A stretch of 64,000 nt of DNA from assembly GCA_963806035.1 (NCBI GenBank), contig CAWDWO010000014.1, positions 10,905-74,904 of the forward strand, in the 5' to 3' direction. The notes under the pieces were generated by a model. That model was not told where the DNA came from, did no database searches, and saw only the letters and a list, made by a program, of their open reading frames with translations. Of the stretch, positions 1 through 10,790 are shown piece by piece (the stretch's first letter is position 1; each line of letters begins with the position of its first letter). A program made the translations under genes and the position numbers. The stretch is from Candidatus Krumholzibacteriota bacterium (GTDB taxonomy: Bacteria > Krumholzibacteriota > Krumholzibacteriia > JAJRXK01).

Positions 1-1
1 G

Positions 2-982
<981 letters not shown>

Positions 983-1029
983 GGCCGAAGTCCGAAGCTC
1001 GAGAGGAGTTCCCGACGGCCGCCCGTAGC

Positions 1030-4000
1030 TCACTTCAACAAAATCATCTTCTTCGTATCGCTGAAGTCCTGTGCCTCGAGGCGATAGGTATACACCCCCG
1101 AAGCAACACGGCGGCCACGGCTGTCGGTGCCGTCCCAGCTCACCGTCTTCTGACCACCAAGTTGCCACGTGTCCACCAGCGTCCGCACCAGCGATCCACT
1201 GAGATCGTAGACCCGCAGCGCCACGGATCCCCCGCCGGCTGGGACATCGTAGCGAATCGTCGTGCTGGGGTTGAAGGGATTCGGGACGTTGGAATACAGA
1301 ACGTACCGCGTTGACAAGCCGGGTTCTGACCCGGTGGCAACGACCGTCGGCTCACTGGCGGCACTTTCGTTTCCGGTGGAATCGACCGCGGTCACCCGAT
1401 AGTAGACGTTCAGTTCATGGTGCGTTTCATCCGCCCAGCTGGTCTCGGAGAGGGAGTGCGCCAGAGTCTCCGGTGAAGGGTCGAACTCGAATTCCTTCGA
1501 ACGATAGACCTTGAAATTCTTGAAGTCCGCATCGGGGCAGGCATCCCACGACAACCAGTTTCCGTTGTTGGTGTCATAGACAACGATGAAACCGGTAGGT
1601 GCCGAAGGTGCGATGTTGTCCACCGTACTGACGCTCTCGGGCTCACTCACGAACCAAAAACTCGGCGTCGTCGTGTGAGTGCTGACCACGAAGTTCGCCC
1701 AGGCCGGACCGGAAGGGGCGGAATCAGCTGGGGTGGGAATGCGCACGACATACTCATCCTGTTGCATCGCCGGCACAGATCCCACGATCTCCCAAAGACC
1801 GGGAGGAAACTTGGAGGTGGTCTTCGCTTCGCTGTAGATGAAGGTCCTGTCCTCAAAAGTGCGGAGCCCCTCGAATCCGACGAAATCCCCGGCCATCTTG
1901 GTATGGGCCGCCAAGTCCAGCCTGACGCCCTCCTGCAAAACGCGCTTTTGCAATGCGCTGTCATCGATGCGATGGTGAATCCAGTAACCGGTCACCGGAT
2001 GCGCGAGTTCATTGGTAAAGTCCAGTCCGGATCGCTTGATGGTGAGCCACGCCCAACCTCCCTGGTCATCGGGCACATCGACGAGCGATGCGATGGAGGC
2101 TGCTTGGACGCGCCAGTCGATTCTGAGATCGCTGACGGTGGGATTTACTCCGGGTTGTGTCCAGGCGTGAGTCGTGCGCCACATGAGATCCGTTCCTGCC
2201 GCGTTCATCCGGTTCCACATCCCGTCGGCGAAAACTCCCTGCCAGTTCTTTCCTCCGTCGGCGCTCAGCTCCCATGTTACGCCCTGCGTCTGCGTCGAAT
2301 TCACGCGCACCTGGGTGATGGTGTCGCTCGCAGCGTCTATCACCCACGACCTTCCTCGGTTACGGATCATGTCGAATTCCATCTGGGAGCGCTGCAAGAG
2401 CTGCATCTCGGAATCGCCATTCCCCACCAGCAAATAAATTCCCGAAATCGCAAGTCCCTGGATCCTCTTTCCCGTCACGTAGCTCTCCTCGAGCTTCGGG
2501 TTCTCCGGTTGGGAGAGGTCGAGCACCACCAGCCCACCCATACCATCCGCCACATAAGCTCTCTTGCCCGAAATCTGGATGGAATAGGCCTCACCTTCTG
2601 TGTCGTAACTTCCCTTGAGCACGGGGCTGGCAGGATCGCTGACGTCCAGCACCAAGACACCCGCCTCCCTCGCCGCGATGAGGGCGTAGTTCCCGAAGAG
2701 GGCGACACCGTAGGCAAGATCTGGGGTGTCGTAGTTACCCACGATCACCGGATGGAGCGGGTCAGCGATGTCGATCACCTGAAGACCTGCCCCGGAGGCC
2801 GCGACATAGGCATAGCCTCCCCCGATCGCGATCGAGTACTCGGTACCGGGTGTGTCGCAGCTTCCTACGATGATCGGGGTGGTGGGATCAGACACATTCA
2901 CCACCTGCAGTCCCGAGGCCGCTCCCGCGACGAAGGCGTACTGGCCTTCCACTGCGACATCGCGGACATAGTCCGGCGTCGGCACGCTACTCGCGACGAC
3001 CGGGTTCTGGGGCTTGGAGATGTCGATGATCTGCAGTCCCGCCAGAGCACCCGCCACGTAAGCGTAGCTTCCTGCGATATCCATTCCCAAGGCGAAGCTC
3101 GGCAGGTTTAAACGCGTCACGAATCGTGGATGCCTGGGATCGAAGTAGTCGATCACTTGAAATCCCGCCGTCGTCGCGGTCATGAAGGCGTAGTCCCCCT
3201 CCACCGCGATCGCGTAGGCGCGCCCCGTTGGGAGGTAGCTCCCGACCTTGGTGAGCGGTGTCGCTTCGGCGATTCGAATCGACGTGAGACCGTCGTCGAC
3301 GTCATTGGGCACCAAGGCGTAATTTCCCCAGAGAGTTACCCCTCTCACATCGCCGCGAGTGCCATAGTAGCCGGCGAGACTCGGAGCGTAAGGGTACGAA
3401 ATATCGAACAGATATAGATCGTCAATGTCGTTCGCCGTTAGCACGATATCACCGAACACGGCTATCTGAGAGACGAGGCCCCACGAGTTGAAACGCCCCA
3501 GGCGAAACATATCGGTAGGATTGCTGAAATCGACGATTTCCCTGTCGAGGATGATACGGTTACCCGAGAGTGCGATGGCATAATAGTCTCGCCTATCCTG
3601 ATAGGATCCTACGAACACTGGATGTGCGAGATCGGAAACGTCGACGACCTGCAGTCCCAGATCAGTTGTCGCCAAAAGGGCGAGATTCCCATAGAGGGTG
3701 ATGTCGTTGACCACACCCTGCTTCTGTAGATAGTAGGTATTCACATGCACAGGGTTGGCGGGGTCGGAGATATCGACCACCTCGAAACTCGCATTGAGTG
3801 CGATGAACGCGTAGTTCCCCGCGATTTCCATGTTATACGCTGGGCCCAGGGTATCGTAGGTTCCCACGACGGCAGGACGCTTGGGATCTGAGATGTCGAT
3901 GATGAGAAAGCCACTCTTGGATAGAGTCGCGTACGCGTAATGCCCTTTGATGAACGTGCGCCAGACGTGCTCTGGTAGGTTGGCGACGTAAGTAGGATGC

Positions 4001-4296
4001 TTGGGATCTGAGATGTCGATTACGAAGAAGGTCGCGTGGGCTCCCATGAACGCGAAATTCCCCGAGCTCGCAACTGTCCCACAATAGCCTTTGATGGTGA
4101 ATTGCCCCTCGCGCCTGGGAGCGAAGGGAAACAAGTGCAGCGCTCCGCCGAGAGTGTCCCACTCGGCGCTCGTATTGATCGTGTCCTCGAATGCACTGTT
4201 GGTGAAATCTTCGTGGTATTCCAGCGTGGTCGCGTAGCTCGCCGTGGCCAAAAGCAACAGAACAGCGCTGGCCAATAGAGAGAGTGACTTTCCCAC
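1030..4296 (-). CDS. Secreted LVIVD-repeat beta-propeller protein with DVPxDQGG module, FN3-like domain and C-terminal FlgD-Ig/T9SS-CTD-like domain
   Basis: Signal peptide; many 'YAYVA..GLQVIDISDP..P..VG.YDT' repeats; C-terminus NVPNPFNPSTTIRY...SGVYTYRL...KKMILLK; GGAGG RBS before GTG. Confidence 0.88.
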   Translation of the reverse strand: MGKSLSLLASAVLLLLATASYATTLEYHEDFTNSAFEDTINTSAEWDTLGGALHLFPFAPRREGQFTIKGYCGTVASSGNFAFMGAHATFFVIDISDPKHPTYVANLPEHVWRTFIKGHYAYATLSKSGFLIIDISDPKRPAVVGTYDTLGPAYNMEIAGNYAFIALNASFEVVDISDPANPVHVNTYYLQKQGVVNDITLYGNLALLATTDLGLQVVDVSDLAHPVFVGSYQDRRDYYAIALSGNRIILDREIVDFSNPTDMFRLGRFNSWGLVSQIAVFGDIVLTANDIDDLYLFDISYPYAPSLAGYYGTRGDVRGVTLWGNYALVPNDVDDGLTSIRIAEATPLTKVGSYLPTGRAYAIAVEGDYAFMTATTAGFQVIDYFDPRHPRFVTRLNLPSFALGMDIAGSYAYVAGALAGLQIIDISKPQNPVVASSVPTPDYVRDVAVEGQYAFVAGAASGLQVVNVSDPTTPIIVGSCDTPGTEYSIAIGGGYAYVAASGAGLQVIDIADPLHPVIVGNYDTPDLAYGVALFGNYALIAAREAGVLVLDVSDPASPVLKGSYDTEGEAYSIQISGKRAYVADGMGGLVVLDLSQPENPKLEESYVTGKRIQGLAISGIYLLVGNGDSEMQLLQRSQMEFDMIRNRGRSWVIDAASDTITQVRVNSTQTQGVTWELSADGGKNWQGVFADGMWNRMNAAGTDLMWRTTHAWTQPGVNPTVSDLRIDWRVQAASIASLVDVPDDQGGWAWLTIKRSGLDFTNELAHPVTGYWIHHRIDDSALQKRVLQEGVRLDLAAHTKMAGDFVGFEGLRTFEDRTFIYSEAKTTSKFPPGLWEIVGSVPAMQQDEYVVRIPTPADSAPSGPAWANFVVSTHTTTPSFWFVSEPESVSTVDNIAPSAPTGFIVVYDTNNGNWLSWDACPDADFKNFKVYRSKEFEFDPSPETLAHSLSETSWADETHHELNVYYRVTAVDSTGNESAASEPTVVATGSEPGLSTRYVLYSNVPNPFNPSTTIRYDVPAGGGSVALRVYDLSGSLVRTLVDTWQLGGQKTVSWDGTDSRGRRVASGVYTYRLEAQDFSDTKKMILLK

Positions 4297-4438
4297 CGCC
4301 GCACCTCCTAGGAGGGAATGAAGTGCGGGAGCCTCACGGATATTCGCAATCTACGCGCTGACCTTGCCCGCCATCAACAGTTGCTAGGATCGCACCCTCC
4401 CTGCCGCCGATCGGCCCCATTTCCACCGCAAAAAAAAG

Positions 4439-4466
4439 TTGACCCACGCCATTTTCTCTCTAGTAT
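4439..4466 (+). promoter_or_regulatory. Sigma70-type promoter (TTGACC-16 bp-TAGTAT) preceded by an A-tract
   Basis: Near-consensus -35/-10 in an AT-rich gap upstream of the 4548 ORF. Confidence 0.6.
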
Positions 4467-4487
4467 TTGAAAACGATTCTCAATTTC
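4467..4487 (+). promoter_or_regulatory. Fur-family (Fur/PerR/Zur-like) box
   Basis: TGAAAAC-G-ATTCTCA matches the 7-1-7 TGATAAT-N-ATTATCA consensus at 11/14, directly after the -10. Confidence 0.6.
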
Positions 4488-4547
4488 AATTAGAAATCAG
4501 GACCAATCAGGGGGCCCCGTGCCCCACCCCACAGGAGGAAAAAGCCC

Positions 4548-5357
4548 ATGAAATGGCTTCGAATGGCGGGTTTTACGGCCATGCTCTGTCTCGTCACGCT
4601 CGGCGCCCTGCACTCGCACGCCCGGGCCAGCGAGCGCCGCTTCACCTATACCTACGGCTCCAGCGTGGTGAATCCCGGCGGGATCGAGTTCGAGCCCTGG
4701 ACCACCTTCCGCAGCGGGCGCGACGGCTTCTACAACCGCTTCGACCACCGCTTCGAGTTCGAGCTGGGCCTCAGCGATCGCCTGCAGACCGCCTGGTACT
4801 TCAATTTCTCCTCCATCCTGATGGACGAGGGCAGCGAGCGCGTCAGCGAGTTCGAGTGGACCGGCATCTCCTGGGAATGGAAGTACAAGTTGCTCGATCC
4901 GGTCGCCGATCCGCTGGGGATGGCTCTGTACCTGGAACCGGGACTCTCGACCGGGGAGGCCGAGCTCGAGACCAAGTTCATCGTGGACAAGCACGTGGGC
5001 AACAGCTATGGCGCCTTCAACCTGACCCTCGAGCACGAGTGGGAGTACGAGGAGCAGGACGAAACCGAGCACGAGATGAGTCTCCAATTCAACCTGGGTC
5101 TGGCCTACTTCCTCAGCTCCTCCCTCTCGGCCGGCATCGAGGTGCGCAACCACAACCAGTTTCCCGGGGGCGAGGGCCTGGAATACTCCGCCCTCTTCGC
5201 GGGCCCCGTGATCAGCTATGCCGCCAGCAACTGGTGGGCAACTCTCACCCTCATGCCCCAGCTTCCCGCGCTGAAGAAGAGTGAATCCGGCGGCTCGCTC
5301 ATTCTTGACGAGCACGAGCGCTACAACGCGCGCCTGATCTTCGGGATCGACCTGTGA
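4548..5357 (+). CDS. Exported, probable outer-membrane beta-barrel protein
   Basis: AGGAGG RBS, signal peptide, alternating amphipathic strands, C-terminal ARLIFGIDL, His/Glu-rich loops. Confidence 0.7.
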   Translation: MKWLRMAGFTAMLCLVTLGALHSHARASERRFTYTYGSSVVNPGGIEFEPWTTFRSGRDGFYNRFDHRFEFELGLSDRLQTAWYFNFSSILMDEGSERVSEFEWTGISWEWKYKLLDPVADPLGMALYLEPGLSTGEAELETKFIVDKHVGNSYGAFNLTLEHEWEYEEQDETEHEMSLQFNLGLAYFLSSSLSAGIEVRNHNQFPGGEGLEYSALFAGPVISYAASNWWATLTLMPQLPALKKSESGGSLILDEHERYNARLIFGIDL

Positions 5358-5701
5358 GGAGAAGAGCGATGCGACTACGCCTTGTCTTGATCGGTGTGCT
5401 TGGAATCATTACCGCCGGTTGTGCGACCACCATCCTCCAGCCCACACCGGCGGATGTGCAGTGGGCGCAGACTCGCTGGCCTTCGGTCACGCTGGAGGAT
5501 CTTCAGGACGGCCGCAGCCTCTACGTACAGAAGTGCGCGAGTTGTCATCACCTACGCGATCCCGCCAAATACGAGCCCGGCCGCTGGCCCGAGCTCTTGG
5601 CGAAGATGCAGCCCAAGGCGAAGATCGACGAGGCCGAGGTGCAGCTCCTCGTATGGTATCTGAGTACGGCGAGCGAACGCGCTCGCAACAAGGTGGAGTG
5701 A
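5354..5701 (+). CDS. Monoheme cytochrome c lipoprotein
   Basis: Lipobox TAGC, heme motif CASCH, distal Met in KMQPKAKI; start could be ATG 5369. Confidence 0.8.
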   Translation: MRRRAMRLRLVLIGVLGIITAGCATTILQPTPADVQWAQTRWPSVTLEDLQDGRSLYVQKCASCHHLRDPAKYEPGRWPELLAKMQPKAKIDEAEVQLLVWYLSTASERARNKVE

Positions 5702-5814
5702 ACCACGGGCTGACCCTGCCACTAAATCCATCCGGCCTCGAATGCAGGCTCAGCTTGCCTTCGCCCAGATGGTCGTGAGCGGCCCCGTCAGGGACCGTAG
5801 CCAGCCGCTCCGGA

Positions 5815-6843
5815 TCACCGCGTGGTGTCTGCCTCCATGCGCGCCCGTCGCAACCGCCGCCACGCGCCCGGCGATACGCCGACCATTCGCTTGAACGCCC
5901 TCGAGAATGCTGCCTCGTTCTTGTAACCTACGTCGAATGCAATCTCGATTACTTTCGCATCCGTATCACGCAGCTGCGCGGAGGCCAGTTGCATCCTCCA
6001 TTCGGTCAAGTATTGCATCGGTGGTTGCCCAATAAAGTGAACGAAATGCTCGTGTAGCGTCGAACGCGAAACCGCCGCCTCCTCGCTCAGTCGCTGGACC
6101 GTCCATGGTTCTGCCGGTCGATCGTGCATGAGCGCAAGCACGCGCCCGATGGCCTCGTCACGGAGTCCCGCCAGCCAGCCTGGCTGGTCATGTGGTAGTG
6201 CATCTGCGTATCGGCGCACCACCTCCACAAAGAGCATTTCGCTCATACGTTCGAGGACGGCCTCTCCGCCCGGCCGTTTGCGGCTCGACTCCTCGACCAC
6301 AGATCGTAGGAAGTTCGCGACCCACGAGCTGGAATCGGTGGCAATTCCCGCCATACGCAAAACTCTTGGCATCGAGGCGAGAAGTGGGTTGAAGGGACTC
6401 GCGTCGCAACCCAAAAAGCCGCAGACCACGGTCGTCTTCTGGCCACCACCACCCTCGAGCTGAGCAACGGCGGCGCTCTCACCGGAAACATTGAGGCAGT
6501 ATGGCAATTGTGGAGGTCGAGGCGCGAACTTTAGCCCGGCATCGTGGATGCTCGCTCGCATTCCCGGCGCGCTCGACATGACGTGGGCATCGCCGTGTGG
6601 AAACAGCACGACGTCGCCCTCATGCAGACGAACCGGCTCGCCGCCCACGATTGTCGCCCAGCACGAACCGCTGGCGATCCCGTGGAACTCCATCATGTGT
6701 TCGACGCCGGGCATGATTCGGGGGATGAGGTCCCGCGAATGGGAGGTCTCGACGACCCAAGGGTCGGATCCCTTGATGTAAAAGAAGAACGCGCCTCGCA
6801 GCCGAACAGCGCGTAACAAGTCGGAAAGAATATCGCGGCTCAC
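5815..6843 (-). CDS. AraC-family regulator with Cupin_6 N-terminal domain
   Basis: D.LSDLLRAVRL start, PWTVQRL, PMQYLTEWRMQLA, VGYKNEAAFSRAFKR; GTG 6843 has a GAGGAG RBS. Confidence 0.92.
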   Translation of the reverse strand: MSRDILSDLLRAVRLRGAFFFYIKGSDPWVVETSHSRDLIPRIMPGVEHMMEFHGIASGSCWATIVGGEPVRLHEGDVVLFPHGDAHVMSSAPGMRASIHDAGLKFAPRPPQLPYCLNVSGESAAVAQLEGGGGQKTTVVCGFLGCDASPFNPLLASMPRVLRMAGIATDSSSWVANFLRSVVEESSRKRPGGEAVLERMSEMLFVEVVRRYADALPHDQPGWLAGLRDEAIGRVLALMHDRPAEPWTVQRLSEEAAVSRSTLHEHFVHFIGQPPMQYLTEWRMQLASAQLRDTDAKVIEIAFDVGYKNEAAFSRAFKRMVGVSPGAWRRLRRARMEADTTR

Positions 6844-7059
6844 GCGCTCCTCACAAATCCGTCCCGACCGCTGGGGGATCACTTCCGGACGAACAGCACA
6901 ATTCTACCGACACTAGGCAGTGTGTCAAGCCAACCACTTGCGGCATGTTAGGTTTGGCGCGAAGGGGAGCAACCCGATCCGCCCTAGTGGTGAGGGATTC
7001 GGCGTCCCCTCACGCGGTGTATGTCGAACAGCAGACGCCAAACCAGGAGGATTGGAGAC

Positions 7060-7485
7060 ATGGGTCAATCGGGGATTGAGCATCGGGCACGACTCGGGTC
7101 CGGTTCTCGAAAGAACACGAAACGGTGGGCTTCTTCTCTCTTACTGGCCGGGGTGATCGCTGCGCTGGTAGCGTGCGGAAGCGATTCCGGTGGCGGCTAC
7201 ACGACCGCGCCTCCCTCTGGAGGCAAGGAGCTCGACTCCGGCGACATCAGCCCCGGAGCCACTTACCAGCATCGCTTCGCGAGCGCGGGTTCGTTTCCCT
7301 ACCACTGCATATATCACGCTCCGATGACCGGAACGGTCGAGGTATCGACCGCTGCGGCAGACACGCTCGTGAACGTCAGTATCACGAGCAGCTCTGCCCC
7401 ATTCCCTGCGGCCTCTGTCAAACCGGGCGGGAGAGTGATCTGGACCAACAACACGAGCGTGGTGCACACCGTCACCAGCGACTGA
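7060..7485 (+). CDS. Cupredoxin (plastocyanin-like) lipoprotein, apparently circularly permuted
   Basis: Lipobox LVAC; YHCIYHAPM type-1 copper ligands; the 'V.WTN...HTVTSD' strand with the remaining His lies at the C-terminus; start ATG 7060 (GGAG) or 7021. Confidence 0.75.
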   Translation: MGQSGIEHRARLGSGSRKNTKRWASSLLLAGVIAALVACGSDSGGGYTTAPPSGGKELDSGDISPGATYQHRFASAGSFPYHCIYHAPMTGTVEVSTAAADTLVNVSITSSSAPFPAASVKPGGRVIWTNNTSVVHTVTSD

Positions 7486-7487
7486 GC

Positions 7488-7566
7488 TGTCCCTAGCACC
7501 AAGTCCATGCGGCGCCCGAGCACTCGCAGCTGATGGTGAAGGGCGATGGAGTATTTGGTAGGCACG
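7488..7566. mobile_element. Possible 79-bp MITE-like element
   Basis: Ends TGTCCCTAGCACCAAGTCCAT and ATGGAGTATTTGGTAGGCACG are imperfect inverted repeats (14/21) resembling the element end at 18749. Confidence 0.45.
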
Positions 7567-7608
7567 GGCCGGGCGAGTCTTGGAGATCCTCTAGATGAAG
7601 GGAATCTC

Positions 7609-8571
7609 ATGAAACGATTTCACGTTTTCACCCTCGTAACTTCGTTCCTCCTACTGAGCTCGACTGCCTGGGCCAGTGTCCACTTGATGCAGATTGAGAG
7701 AGTAATCGCAGGAATTGACGGAGACACTTCGGCGCAGGCGGTCCAATTACGCATGCGCTCTGCGTTCCAGAACCAAACCCAGCTGGCACGTCTGGTCGCA
7801 TACGATGCGGCTGGCCTGAACCCTGTCATTCTTTCCGCGCCGAGCACTACCGTCCCCAACAGTTCCGCGGGAGACCGAATCCTGTTCTGCACCAGCGCCT
7901 TCGCGGCCGATACGGATCCAATGACGGCACCCGATTTTACGATGGCGCCGATTCCCTCCTCTTACCTCGCTGCAGGCAGTCTCACTTGGGAGAGCACCAC
8001 GGGAAGCGTTTACTGGCGGCTCAGCTGGGGAGGATCTTCTTACACCGGTGACACCACGGGAACCACCTTCAACGATGCGGATGGTCAATTCGCCCCGGGC
8101 TACGCTTCCGCACTGCCCTCGGCAGGGACGGTTGCGGTGAGCTTCCTCGGAACGGCGACGGATTTGAGCACCAATAACGCCAACGATTACGCACTCACCG
8201 CAGACAATGCGGAGTTTACAAACAACGCTGGTGACGCTTTCACGGTGCAGTCGACGGTCACTGCAGTAGAGTCGTTACCTAGCTTGGCTACGGGGGTGGA
8301 AATGCAGCCGGCCTTTCCCAACCCATTCAATCCGCGCACGAGCGTGCGCTTCGATCTGGCCGAGGCGAGGCGGGTTTCCCTAAAGGTGTACGATCTCGAC
8401 GGGCGACTTGTAGACGTCCTGTTCAACGGAGTACAGCCATCGGGCCCTCAGCTACGAAGCTGGGCCGGGACGGATCTTCAAGGGCACAGTGTGGCATCCG
8501 GCGTTTACCTCATCCGGCTCGAGACTGAGGATGGATCGGTCGCGAGTCAGAGAGTGACCCTGGTGAAGTAA
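7609..8571 (+). CDS. Secreted protein with C-terminal FlgD-Ig/T9SS-CTD-like domain
   Basis: Signal peptide MKRFHV...AWA; AFPNPFNPRTSVRF...SGVYLIRL...RVTLVK. Confidence 0.85.
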   Translation: MKRFHVFTLVTSFLLLSSTAWASVHLMQIERVIAGIDGDTSAQAVQLRMRSAFQNQTQLARLVAYDAAGLNPVILSAPSTTVPNSSAGDRILFCTSAFAADTDPMTAPDFTMAPIPSSYLAAGSLTWESTTGSVYWRLSWGGSSYTGDTTGTTFNDADGQFAPGYASALPSAGTVAVSFLGTATDLSTNNANDYALTADNAEFTNNAGDAFTVQSTVTAVESLPSLATGVEMQPAFPNPFNPRTSVRFDLAEARRVSLKVYDLDGRLVDVLFNGVQPSGPQLRSWAGTDLQGHSVASGVYLIRLETEDGSVASQRVTLVK

Positions 8572-8685
8572 TCCGAAATTGAGGCAAGTCGTCCGGTGTA
8601 CAGCGTTGTTCGTGATCCTGCTCGCGGGCGGAGCGGGGCCGGATATTCAGTATCGAAGACCGAGTTTCGATGGTATTTTCCGCGC

Positions 8686-9252
8686 GTGGACTACGGACTG
8701 ATCATCTTTCTCGCCGTCGGACTCGCGATGGATGCAACCGCTGTGTCGGCAGCGCGTGGATTTGCCGTCAACCAATTGCGCGTGCGTAATGTCGTGACGA
8801 TAGCGCTCTTCTTCGGTGGCTTTCAGGCGATCATGCCTGCCATCGGCTGGATCGTGGGGTCACATTTTGGTCCGGTCGTCGAAAATTGGGATCACTGGAT
8901 CGCATTTTTCCTATTGACCGGAATCGGGGGCAGAATGCTCTGGGAATCTCTTCGACCGCCAAAGTCCGAGCTGCCCAGTCGAGGCGACCCCTTCGGAACG
9001 AAGGTGATCCTCCTCTTGGCGATCGCAACGAGCATCGATGCGCTGGCCGCGGGGATCTCGCTGCCCATGCTGCATCAACCGCTCTTGCCTTCGATCCTCA
9101 TCATCGGAGTAATCACCGCCGTGTTGAGCGCCAGCGGTCTCTTCGCGGGCCGTCGTTTCGGGGCGATGCTCGGAGTACGCCTCGATGCAACCGGAGGTAT
9201 CGTCCTCGTGGTAATTGGCTGCAAAATTCTCATCCAGCACCTGACTACCTGA
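8686..9252 (+). CDS. mntP: Manganese efflux pump MntP family
   Basis: AVGLAMDATAVS, FGGFQAIMP.IGW, DHWIAF.LL, LAIATSIDALAAG, IG.KIL..H; start GTG 8686 inferred. Confidence 0.92.
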   Translation: MDYGLIIFLAVGLAMDATAVSAARGFAVNQLRVRNVVTIALFFGGFQAIMPAIGWIVGSHFGPVVENWDHWIAFFLLTGIGGRMLWESLRPPKSELPSRGDPFGTKVILLLAIATSIDALAAGISLPMLHQPLLPSILIIGVITAVLSASGLFAGRRFGAMLGVRLDATGGIVLVVIGCKILIQHLTT

Positions 9253-9285
9253 TTGCGCTTCGGGTCATGCAAATGGAGAGATAAG

Positions 9286-9891
9286 ATGCAACTGAAACGG
9301 ATGAATTCGGCGGCCCTGGTCCTGGTCCTGATCTTTCTCTTGCGGCTCACCCCCGCCCTGGCGCGTGAGTACGACGTCAATCTTCAGGCCAAGCGCGACG
9401 TCCGCTTCCGCTCGACCACCGACGTCAACGAATTCGAGGGCGTCACCGATCACATCGACGGCTACGTACTGTTGCCCGACACCGCTCCTCCGCTGGGAGA
9501 AGATGCAAAGGATTCTGAGCTGCACTTCGAGGTCGAGCTTGCCAGCCTGGATACCGGCATCGGACTCCGCAACCGCCACATGCGCGACAATTACTTGCAA
9601 GTAGAGAAGTACCCCTACGCCGTCTTCAGTGGTACAGTCGCCCATTTGGAATCCGCGAGCGGGGACACGCTTCAGGTGACGGCCAAGGGTGAAATGCAAA
9701 TCCACGGAAAGAAAAAGCAGATGAGCATTCCCTGTACCGTGAGTCCCGAGGACTCTGGCTACCGGGTGCACGGCGCGTTCACCGTGCTCCTCTCCGATTT
9801 CGACATCTCGATTCCCAAGATCATGTTTCTCCAACTCGACAATGAGATTCACCTGGAAGTAGACTTCGCGATCGAGCCGATCAAGGACTAG
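9286..9891 (+). CDS. YceI-family periplasmic ligand-binding protein
   Basis: Signal peptide; ASLDTGIGLRNRHMRDNYL..EKYP; IHG; DFDI..P. Confidence 0.88.
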   Translation: MQLKRMNSAALVLVLIFLLRLTPALAREYDVNLQAKRDVRFRSTTDVNEFEGVTDHIDGYVLLPDTAPPLGEDAKDSELHFEVELASLDTGIGLRNRHMRDNYLQVEKYPYAVFSGTVAHLESASGDTLQVTAKGEMQIHGKKKQMSIPCTVSPEDSGYRVHGAFTVLLSDFDISIPKIMFLQLDNEIHLEVDFAIEPIKD

Positions 9892-9905
9892 CTGGGAGGC
9901 GCTTT

Positions 9906-10766
9906 ATGAAGCTACGAAGCATGATCGCGGCACTTCTCGTGCTGAGCTTCACCCCCACCGTGCTCTATGCCATGGAACAGTCCGTGGGATGGCATCGTAG
10001 GGAGGACACCACTGCTCTTCCCATCACCGTCTTTCACTCCACGCAATCGGCCAATCTGCCTACGGCCCAGACCATCTTCAAGGGCGAGTGGCAGTTCGAG
10101 ATCTCGCACCGCTTCCAGCCTCCATTCTCGGCCGGGAGCGATGCGCTGTGGGGACTCGACGGACCCATTTACAACCGTCTGGGTCTCTCGTACGGGGTGA
10201 CGGATCGCGTCATGCTGTCCGTCCTTCGAAGCAATCTCGAGGACAACCTGGAACTCGGCGCCAAGTGGCGCTTTCGCGAAGGTCATTTCAAGGCGGTGCC
10301 GTATCAACTCGCCGTCAAGGGCGGGCTCGCGTCCAACACCTCGACAGGACCCTCCTACGGACCCGGATACAGAAACAGGGAAGCACAGTCCTACGCCCAG
10401 TTCATTCTCGATGCTCTTCTGGCCGACCGTCTCGCGCTGGGCGTGGTGACTTCCTATCTCAACAACGCTCAGATCGCCGACACGAGGACCCTCAACGAAG
10501 TCACGGTGGGCCTCAACGCCCAGCTGTACCTCGCGCGCATGTTCAGCGTCTTCACCGAGTGGAATGCCTCCAAGAGTTACGAGGGGCTCAGGCACGACGC
10601 CCTGACCTTCGGCCTGGAGATCGAAACCGGCGGTCATTTCTTCAAGCTGATGGCCAGCAATAGCGAGCGACCGAATCCCACGCAGTTTCTCGGGGGAACC
10701 CCCATTGCCTTCACGCCGCACGAGTGGCGCTTCGGCTTCAACCTGACGCGGATTCTGCGGTTCTGA
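9906..10766 (+). CDS. DUF5777-like outer-membrane beta-barrel protein
   Basis: GGAGG RBS, signal peptide; FEISHRF, WGLDG, EIETGGHFFKL, FGFNLTR motifs, C-terminal F. Confidence 0.8.
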   Translation: MKLRSMIAALLVLSFTPTVLYAMEQSVGWHRREDTTALPITVFHSTQSANLPTAQTIFKGEWQFEISHRFQPPFSAGSDALWGLDGPIYNRLGLSYGVTDRVMLSVLRSNLEDNLELGAKWRFREGHFKAVPYQLAVKGGLASNTSTGPSYGPGYRNREAQSYAQFILDALLADRLALGVVTSYLNNAQIADTRTLNEVTVGLNAQLYLARMFSVFTEWNASKSYEGLRHDALTFGLEIETGGHFFKLMASNSERPNPTQFLGGTPIAFTPHEWRFGFNLTRILRF

Positions 10767-10790
10767 GGCAGCGCCCCTTTTCGCCGGGCC

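Noticed and set aside
8572..8685. yybP-ykoY manganese riboswitch upstream of mntP
   Set aside because: Conserved riboswitch motifs not recognisable and the leader looks very short
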